From an uncultured Rivularia sp. (GTDB taxonomy: Bacteria; Cyanobacteriota; Cyanobacteriia; Cyanobacteriales; Nostocaceae), in assembly GCA_963665115.1 (NCBI GenBank), contig OY762007.1, positions 6,080,001-6,144,000 of the forward strand: DNA of 64,000 nt. The letters are read 5' to 3'. The position numbers and the translations under genes were made by a program. The notes beneath the pieces are model-generated. The model ran no database searches, had not been told where the DNA came from, and was given only the letters and a program-made list of their open reading frames with translations. This document shows, one piece after another, positions 56,601-64,000 of this stretch (its first letter is position 1; every line of letters begins with the position of its first letter).

Positions 56601-57983
56601 ATGGAACTCGATAATTTTATATATAAAGCTATTGTTCATGCTCGTGATGGGGGAATGGGTAAAGATGAAATATTAGAAACAACTAAAGAAAATTTACCTG
56701 ATAGTTTACACGACAATGCGATTGCTATTGTTAATAATTTAGATTTTGATGTTAAGCAATGAGAGCCTTATTTTTCCCATTTGTCGGAATTATTCAACTA
56801 TATCTTTTATTTAGTAAATCAAAATAAGAAGGATGAAGCAATATTAAATCAATTATCAAATAGCTGCAACTTGGAGCAATTCGAGTTTGTTAAATACGCA
56901 CTGCGTTATATCAATATCAATCGCATTCCTTCTGCATGGGAACTAGATAACGTACATAGCGAACTAGTCGAGCTTGATGTTGATGAACTAATAAAAAGAT
57001 GCGAAACTCTTAAAAACTTTGCATATAAGGAAGTTGCATATCGGATAATACTGCAACATCTTTACACGGCATTTTGTGAGAATAAACCGATTAAGTGGTT
57101 CATTGATATTGCCCGCTCAACTACTGATGAAACGATTATAAAATATTGCGATCGCGCAGCTGTAATGATATCTAAAGCTCAAGGTGTGGAGCCAATTAAC
57201 GCATTGGAATCAGCGAAAACAGATATTGAACAAACAAGCATATCAACAACTGAGTCCGGAAAGCTGATTATAGATACCCTAGCTGAATTTAAGATAGCAG
57301 CAGAATATATTGACGCACAATGCGGTCCCACATTTAACCGCATCAAAATCAAACTTGGTAAAGGAGTTTCATTTAAGAAAATCCAAGATTTTGGTAACGA
57401 CTTTGTGCAGCAGCTCGGAGACACTTTAAATATGGATACTGCACCAATGGTGTCCGTTGTTCCTGGTGGTGCTGCTATTGATGTCCCTCGCAGCGATAGA
57501 GAAATTGTTTATTTCAAAAATTATGCTGATTTTTCATTACCTATAGATATACATAATGTTGTGATTCCCGGTGGTGTTGGTGTTGATGGAAAATACGTGG
57601 ATATTCCCCTCTCAGATGAAAACGTGACTCATATCCTTGGTGGTGGAAGAACTCGTGGGGGTAAGTCGCAATTTGAGAAAGCAGCAATACTTTATCTGGC
57701 GCGTCGTTATCCCCCGTCAGTAGTCAAGCTAGCTTTATCCGATGTTAAACGAGTGACTTTTAGCAAATTTTCTAAGTTACCCCATCTAATTGCACCCGTA
57801 GCAAAGGATGCAGCTTCGAGTGCAGAATTATTTAGTTTGTTAGTACAGCAAATGGAAGCCCGGTATCGGGAGTTTGAGAAAGTCGGTTGTGAGACGATAG
57901 CCGAATTTAACCGCAAGCATTACCCCGAATTGATTATGCCTCGGATAGCAAGTTTTACAGACGAATGTACCACACAAAGATGA
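56601..57983 (+). pseudogene. FtsK/SpoIIIE-family DNA translocase with an in-frame stop and C-terminal truncation
   Basis: ATG 56601 in frame, TGA at 56760; alpha domain GPTFNRIKIKLGKGV...IDVPR; HILGGGRTRGGKS (Walker A), LSDVKRV, QMEARY; ends four codons after Walker B ..DEC. Confidence 0.85.
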
Positions 57984-58326
57984 AATATGCTGTAAAGCAT
58001 TATGCTAATACTACAAATTGGGGAATCATATCCAGCTATGGTCACAAAAAAACTAATAGATGGGTAGGAGAAGGGGAAGGAGTAGAACTCGCTTCTATAT
58101 GCTTTAAGGAAAATAGAATTAATTTTAAACAATGAATAGGCAATTCTGGTGATAAGAGCAAGTTCGATTCTTACTATTGCTATTGGAAGTTTTTATATGC
58201 CGAATTCGAACTAATTGCTATTTAAAATCTTGCATTTTTAGTAGATAGTAGGTTTAACAAAAAGCTTTCAATATCCTGCGTTGTGCGGGGCTAAGTAATT
58301 AGTTTAAACACAATGTATGGAGGTTT

Positions 58327-61300
58327 ATGATGTTACGAAGAAGATTATCGAAGTTAACAAGTGTTCTATCAGATGTTAACTGTGTAATTGGGGGGTTATC
58401 TTTTCTTGCTGTATTTACTGGTTCGTTAGCTGCCATAATTGGTGTTGGAGGATATTCTTTAGAAAAGCTTGGCGTTCTTAAAGAAGAAGATACTTGGGAA
58501 CAAGCTTGGGCTTTTGCTATTGTTTCTTCCACTGTCGGTTTAGCAGGTACTAGCGTTGCAGCTACAACGGGAGCATTTTTAAGTCGCCGGAACATACAAG
58601 CAGAAGATAATAAATGTACAGAAGCATCTAATAATCTTGATTCATCTACAAGCTTCAAGTTAGGTGCGGCTCGTTCTAACTAAGAGCTTCTAGAAACTAG
58701 AAGGGTAAGAGTTAGGTAGATTCGCGGGGAACACCCCAAAATCTATAATCGTTTCAAAGATGTGAGTGAAAAACTCACCCGTCAGGGATGACGTGACTCC
58801 CTATCTGCCCACACCGAGTAGTGACAACCATCCTACAGAGTGAAGCTGGGAACAGGGCGCAATCAGTTGTAAAACAAGCAGGTAACAACACTGGCGCTAA
58901 TGGGGGGAGAATATGAGTAAAAAGATTCTAGAAAAGTGTCTCAGAAGCAAGCCATAACCTGAATAAAAGAATATGGACTTCAGTATCGTAACTCCCGCAT
59001 CATTATCTAACTGATAGATGCAATTCCCTGGGAAGATACTAGGCAAAGTGAATCGCTCTAAGTTCTCATAATATCTTTGTTACGGAACGAGTAAAAACGC
59101 TGTCTAAGGTCTGAAGCGTAGTCGAAACTTCAGTAAGCCAGGTTGGGACGAATCCCTTACAGCGGGTAGGATGACAGCGGAAACTGCTGTCGGGTATTCG
59201 GAAAATATTCAATGGAGCAGAGCATGATTAGACACAGTGGCAACGCTAGTGAATCTTGGAAAAAGTTACCTTGGAAGAAATTCCGTAAGAACTTATTCCG
59301 CCTACAAAAGAGAATATTCAAAGCTATTAGAGTTGGCAACATAGCTCAAGCCAAGTCACTTCAAAAGCTAGTTCTGAAATCGACATCGGCTAAGTTGTTA
59401 GCAATCCGGCAGGTTACGCAACTAAATAAAGGACGTAAAACTGCGGGTATTGACGGTAAGAAGTCCTTAAACTTCAAAGAAAGATTTGAACTTTATAGAC
59501 TACTTTCACAGGTTAACAATTGGAAACACCAAGGACTAAGGGAAGTACCGATTCCCAAAAAGAACGGAAAAACCAGAATACTTAAGGTACCAACAATTCA
59601 AGATCGAGCATGGCAATGTTTAATTAAATACGCTCTAGAACCTGCCCATGAAGCTACTTTCCACGCGAGAAGCTACGGCTTCAGAACAGGACGCTCGGCT
59701 CATGACGCACAAAAGATTATTTTTCTCAATCTTAAATCTGACCGAGATGGGAAGAATAAAAAAGTAATCGAATTAGACATCAAAAAATGCTTTGATCGAA
59801 TTAGCCACAAGTCAATAATGGACGAGGTGATAATACCCAAAGGAGCAAAACTAGGAATATTCCGCTGCCTTAAAGCCGGAATAAACCCAGAATTTCCCGA
59901 ACAAGGAACTCCCCAAGGTGGAATCGTGAGTCCACTGCTAGCAAATATAGCATTAAACGGAATTGAGGATATACACTCCAGCGTTCGCTATGCCGACGAC
60001 ATGATTATATTCTTAAAACCGGGTGAAGATGAAGTAACAATACTAGAAAAAATATCTCAGTTCCTTAAAGAACGAGATATGGAACTAAGCCAAGAAAAAA
60101 CTAAAGTAACAGCTACGACAGATGGATTTGACTTTCTGGGCTGGAGATTTTCAGTACAGAAAAACGGAAAATTTAGAAGCACTCCCTCAGAGGATAACTT
60201 CAAAGCTTTCCGCGACAAAGTTAAATTCATAGTTAATAACTCTAATTATGGGGCTGAAACAAAGGTCACGAAACTAGCTCCCATCGTAAGAGGCTGGCGT
60301 AATTATCACAAATACTGTGACATGAATAACACCAGACACTCACTGTGGTTCATTAGCTACAGAACATTTAAAGTCTTTTTGAAACAAAAGAAAATTAGCA
60401 GATACAAGGCACAAGCACTAGTCAAGAAAGCTTTTCCTGCTGTTAAATTCACCCAGAATAAATTCGTCAACGTCAAAGGAACAAAATCCCCATACGACGG
60501 TGATGTGACTTACTGGAGTCAAAGAGAATCTAAACTTTATGACGGGAAATCAGCCAAGCTTCTCAAGAAGCAAAACCATACTTGTACTCATTGCGGTATG
60601 AAGTTCTTACCAGGTGAAGATATTCAACTCCACCATAAGGATGGAAACCACGATAACTGGAAAGACAACAATCTCGAAGTCATCCACCAATCGTGCCACC
60701 AATATAAGCACATGAGCAAAGAGCCTCAAATTATTGAATTGCAGAATAAAACCTGGTTTTTCAAGAAAGAGGACTCAAAGGATATCTAGGAGCCGAGTGC
60801 CGGGAAACTGGCACGCTCGGTTCTGAAGGAGAGGTGCCCCGGATAATACCGGGCATCGACTCTAACCAATGACTCGCGATATGTTTGTGATGTGTCGCGA
60901 TAATGATAAGGAGGAAGAAAATAAACCATTAGTTTACACATATTATTTTGTGGAAATCAAAGGTAATCCATCGATTAGCGGATTGATGGTATCAAGAATG
61001 CAATCAAATTCAATCGCTGTATGCGACTGCATTTCTCTAGAAGATGAAGAAAGACTAATGCTAATCCATGAAAATCCTGGGGAAAGTCCCAGGTTAATTG
61101 GAAAAACCTTTTCTAGCTATCAACCATTACCGACAGAAGCGTTACGCGAACACTTGGATATTTACAATCCATACCTATATGCACTTCAAAGCAAAGACTT
61201 TGAACCATGCAATTTAGAATCTTGCAAAGGCTGTCAGCATTTGCACGGCAAGGATAGGATAGTTTGTGGGATATATGCTTATGGATGGAATGGTATTGAC

Positions 61301-61816
61301 TGCCCAGATAAGGTTTGGGATAAAAGAAGTGCAATTCGTAGGTTTGAAGACGAAGCTGCTATCGCATCCTTGTCCGAAGGACTCAATGAATGGAAAATCT
61401 TTAAATATGACTATTTAATTAGTCTCTTTCATCCAAAAACATACCGCCAATTTAGCTTTGATTTTGATGGTAAGCTTCTTTCTTATTCCAAAACGCTAGA
61501 TGGGCTTGAAGAAGGCAATATTGTTGATTACGTCTACTTCTTACGTCGCTCTCGACAATTTCAGTATGATTATTCACATGCTGATTTTATCGAACAAGCA
61601 AGTTTCTTTCTTGACGAAGTAGATGCAATAATTAGTGTGGATGACTTTAAGATATTTGTAAAAGAGAAAGACTCAAATGTTGTCCATACTTTTTTACATA
61701 ATGGCGAACCATTTTTTGCCCTGAACCCTGCTTGTCCTCCAAAGCTTAAAGACAACTACAATTTATCTACGTTAATTGACTATTTATATAATGACGTGGA
61801 TGAATTGGATTCTTAG
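58327..61816 (+). CDS. 428-aa two-TM protein with a Cys4 motif, split by group II intron 2; exons 58327-58663 and 60867-61816
   Basis: Splicing joins TTA G|CA ATG, giving ...SFKLAMTRDMF... in frame; CKGCQHLHG...VCG..YGW...CPD motif. Confidence 0.88.
58664..60866 (+). mobile_element. Group II intron 2 (IIB, chloroplast-like class), apparently intact
   Basis: 5' GTGCGGCTCGTT; domain V GAGCCGAGTGCCGGGAAACTGGCACGCTCGGTTC; domain VI ending CTCTAAC; EBS1 CTAACT (59007-12) pairs with IBS1 AGTTAG; EBS2 GAAGC (58944-48) pairs with GCTTC. Confidence 0.95.
59212..60789 (+). CDS. Group II intron reverse transcriptase/maturase with HNH endonuclease (likely start 59224)
   Basis: TAGIDG, SYGFR.GRS, ELDIKKCFD, TPQGG, RYADD, FDFLG, domain X, CxxC...HHKDGNHDN...HQSCH. 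Confidence 0.95.
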   Translation: MEQSMIRHSGNASESWKKLPWKKFRKNLFRLQKRIFKAIRVGNIAQAKSLQKLVLKSTSAKLLAIRQVTQLNKGRKTAGIDGKKSLNFKERFELYRLLSQVNNWKHQGLREVPIPKKNGKTRILKVPTIQDRAWQCLIKYALEPAHEATFHARSYGFRTGRSAHDAQKIIFLNLKSDRDGKNKKVIELDIKKCFDRISHKSIMDEVIIPKGAKLGIFRCLKAGINPEFPEQGTPQGGIVSPLLANIALNGIEDIHSSVRYADDMIIFLKPGEDEVTILEKISQFLKERDMELSQEKTKVTATTDGFDFLGWRFSVQKNGKFRSTPSEDNFKAFRDKVKFIVNNSNYGAETKVTKLAPIVRGWRNYHKYCDMNNTRHSLWFISYRTFKVFLKQKKISRYKAQALVKKAFPAVKFTQNKFVNVKGTKSPYDGDVTYWSQRESKLYDGKSAKLLKKQNHTCTHCGMKFLPGEDIQLHHKDGNHDNWKDNNLEVIHQSCHQYKHMSKEPQIIELQNKTWFFKKEDSKDI

Positions 61817-61871
61817 CTTGAATTTTCTGATTGAATCTTTTAAAACCTCCACCTTTAATTTCTAATTATTA

Positions 61872-61940
61872 GTGGCGGTACGGAACTACTCAGTACGGGG
61901 GATTTTCCCCCACTACTGGGTAGTAATCGATAACCGCTAC
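61872..61940. other. Long imperfect GC-rich hairpin in an intergenic region
   Basis: GTGGCGGT/ACCGCTAC, ACTACTCAGTA/TACTGGGTAGT and GGGGA/TCCCC nested pairings. Confidence 0.6.
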
Positions 61941-61969
61941 CCAATTGTTATTAATTAAAGGAAATCGCA

Positions 61970-62389
61970 ATGTTTACAACCCAATTTGTTACAACTCCCG
62001 AAATTGTTTGTACTATCAACGATTTATTGTTTCCCCTCTTCTTGTTTTGTTTGATATTTGGGTTTTTATGCTATTTAACTTACGATTATGAACAACATCA
62101 TAAATCCTCCGAAATTGATAGCAAGTCCGATTGCGTTGAAGTGACTAAAATGCAATCTGAATCGAAAATAATTCAAGTAATAAAAGAAGAAGCAATGACA
62201 ATTGTGGAGAAGGATAAGCAAGCTAAGTTGTTAATTGATTTGGGTATCCGAAACCTACGCTTGTTTTGTAAGCAACAGCAAATTAAAGGTTATTCCACTG
62301 CTTATAAAAGAGGAAAGATGAAAGGTTTAGCTGAGTTTTTGCTTAGTCAAGGATACTTTTATTCGGATATTGCAATTGCGTTGAAATAA
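61970..62389 (+). CDS. Membrane-anchored protein with a C-terminal Rho-N/SAP-like helical motif
   Basis: TM LFPLFLFCLIFGFLCYL; LGIRNLRLFCKQQQIKGYS. Confidence 0.6.
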   Translation: MFTTQFVTTPEIVCTINDLLFPLFLFCLIFGFLCYLTYDYEQHHKSSEIDSKSDCVEVTKMQSESKIIQVIKEEAMTIVEKDKQAKLLIDLGIRNLRLFCKQQQIKGYSTAYKRGKMKGLAEFLLSQGYFYSDIAIALK

Positions 62390-62714
62390 ACGATTTTTAA
62401 ATTAGCCCCGTAAGACGAAGGATAAATTTAATGCATCAACTATTCAAATTTCCGATTATTCATTGGATTTCAATCAAGATGCCTTCATATTATACTGAAT
62501 ATAAAAAGCTAAGTGCCCAATATTATCGCTATAATGCTTACAGATAGAGCATTTCACCATATTATCTGAAATGATAATGTGGTAATACAACACTCATAAA
62601 ACCACTATTACTTACCTAGACAATTATGCTCGTGGCAGATAAAAAATTAAATGAAAATCAATACGGCAATTTGCCGTACATCATATTTAATTTTGCATTC
62701 ATTTTTACACTTCC

Positions 62715-63351
62715 CTAAGATGCTGTAATAATTCTTCCTAAATATTTGAGTATTTTTAAAACTTCGTTCAAATTATTTCGATACTGTGACCCTAGTTGAA
62801 AATAAATCAGAAACACCATACTGTTTACCTAAAGCTTTGACAAACAAATGACTGCTACCATTCGTTATCATTCCGTACAGGGGCTGTTCTGGTTTTGGAT
62901 GAGCCGCCATATAAGCTAGTGTCTGAGGAATTGCTAACTCCAAATCAAAGGTTGTCTTCTTTGATTCAATTAGTACAATCCACAATTTACCCTGTAAAAC
63001 TAAAGCATCAATACGTCCTCGTAAAATTTCTTCGTTATCTCCTAATGCTTCAATTTCCACAGATACTTCGGTTTTAAATCTGTAAGGTGACTGATAGAAA
63101 CCTGCAAGTTCTAGTAGCGGTGAAAGCACCACCATTTTAATAGTTTCTTCTAAAAGGCTTCCATCCGAAATTTGATAAAGATAATTTTGTCGAACTTGTT
63201 CTAATCTTATTTCTTCTGCTTCACTTAATTGAGGTAAATCTGCCATCCATTCATTAAAAAACTGGCTTTCATCGCTAAGTTTTAAACCCAGTTTCTCTTC
63301 AACTTGACGAAGAGTAGTAATTTTTTCTGCAATAGCTATATTAGTTGTCAT
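62715..63351 (-). CDS. HsdR N-terminal-like PD-(D/E)xK nuclease domain protein; C-terminus restored across a +1 frameshift at about 62790
   Basis: LSPLLELAGF, GRIDALV, IESK, QTLAY, ITNG; removing one G gives TRSQYRNNLNEVLKILKYLG...S*. Confidence 0.8.
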
Positions 63352-63411
63352 ATTTATGTTTCAACTGCTTATTATTTATTGAATTGAAATTTTTTACCGT
63401 CTTTGAATAAC

Positions 63412-64000
63412 TTAAAACTCCGGCACAAATAATTCCTTACTTGCTCCAGCATAATGCTCGTAAATCATCTTAGGACTCGTCCCAACTAACTTCGCTACAT
63501 CCTTTGCATCAAGCATCTTGGTTCTTCCATCTGGGGTAGGAATTGGTGTTTCTAAGGCTGCTGTAATAAAAGTATGCCTGGTTTGATAAAGTTTACGATA
63601 CTCTATGGTGCCATTTAATTCTTGAAGCACAGAACGCCATACTCTATTCGTAAGGTTATGGACATCAATCCATTTACCTTTGGGAGAAGGAAATACTTTA
63701 GTCTCACCAGTAGCACCTTCTGGTTTGATTGACTCTAGAAGTGCTGCGAGTTTCTTGTTTGCTGGAAACGAACGTTTTTTCTGAGTCTTCAATCCTTTTT
63801 TACATACCAGTCCGTTTTCTGCTTCAACTACCGCTTGTTCAAATCGTATTGTTCTGAAGTCATCTGAAATATGCTTCCATTGCAAAGCAACAGCTTCAGA
63901 TGGCGAGCAATTTTAGTATAATCCTTTGCCAAAGTACTCGGCGATAGGCTAGAACGCTTAAAATCAGTATATTTCTCCCACAACTTCACCAATGTTGGTT
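63412..64000 (-). pseudogene. Tyrosine recombinase/integrase with an internal deletion; 5' part lies beyond the window
   Basis: Core-binding helix LWEKYTDFKRSSLSPSTL joined out of frame to PSEAVALQWKH; KTQKKRSFP, YQTRHTF, VAKLVGTSPKMIYEHY. Confidence 0.85.

Larger units (their letters stand above)
39850..64000. mobile_element. Degenerate integrative or plasmid-derived element; boundaries approximate
   Basis: MTase pseudogene, RHH regulators, Rep-like, Bro-like, Sak4-like ATPase, FtsK/M23/membrane operon, two group II introns, tyrosine integrase; no att repeat identified. Confidence 0.7.

Noticed and set aside
52915..60789. Two reverse transcriptases as a retron, DGR or CRISPR-RT system
   Set aside because: Both are enclosed by canonical group II intron ends, domains V/VI and EBS/IBS pairs, and carry maturase and HNH domains; no TR/VR pair or msr-msd was seen.
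1..64000. CRISPR array, tRNA or rRNA genes
   Set aside because: No regularly spaced repeats or cloverleaf/rRNA-like sequence recognised by eye.
40676..64000. Intact prophage
   Set aside because: Bro-like, Sak4-like and integrase genes are present, but no terminase, portal, capsid or tail genes are recognisable.
39520..64000. attL/attR direct repeats or TraB clt-like 8-bp repeat arrays
   Set aside because: None found by eye; the right end probably lies outside the window and a computational repeat search is needed.

Overview
AT-rich DNA from a filamentous cyanobacterium (HIP1 GCGATCGC octamers, Nostocales-type short repeats), in three parts. (1) 1-34187, minus strand: the start of a FAAL-NRPS-PKS lipopeptide assembly line with two TauD-family Asp beta-hydroxylases and two 'interface'-type C domains. 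It is a cyanochelin-type beta-hydroxyaspartate siderophore cluster, predicted acyl-Ser(ketide)-Ser-Gly-Gly-bOHAsp-Gly-bOHAsp-..., and runs off the left edge. (2) 35693-39520: a divergent, very acidic secreted protein behind a Fur-box-like site. (3) About 39.85-64 kb: a decaying integrative/plasmid-like element. It carries a broken C5 DNA methyltransferase, four ribbon-helix-helix (RHH) regulators with visible operators, an HTH replication protein, Bro/DinD-like and Sak4-like genes, and an internally deleted tyrosine integrase. It also carries a coupled operon of small membrane proteins, M23 peptidase, lysozyme-like protein and FtsK/SpoIIIE ATPase, with no relaxase or VirB4 visible, which resembles Streptomyces TraB/AICE dsDNA transfer. 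Two group II introns (52326-54498, 58664-60866) have boundaries confirmed by EBS/IBS pairing, and splicing restores both host genes in frame. Six +1 homopolymer frameshifts are probably sequencing errors. Family names come from motif recognition, not database searches.
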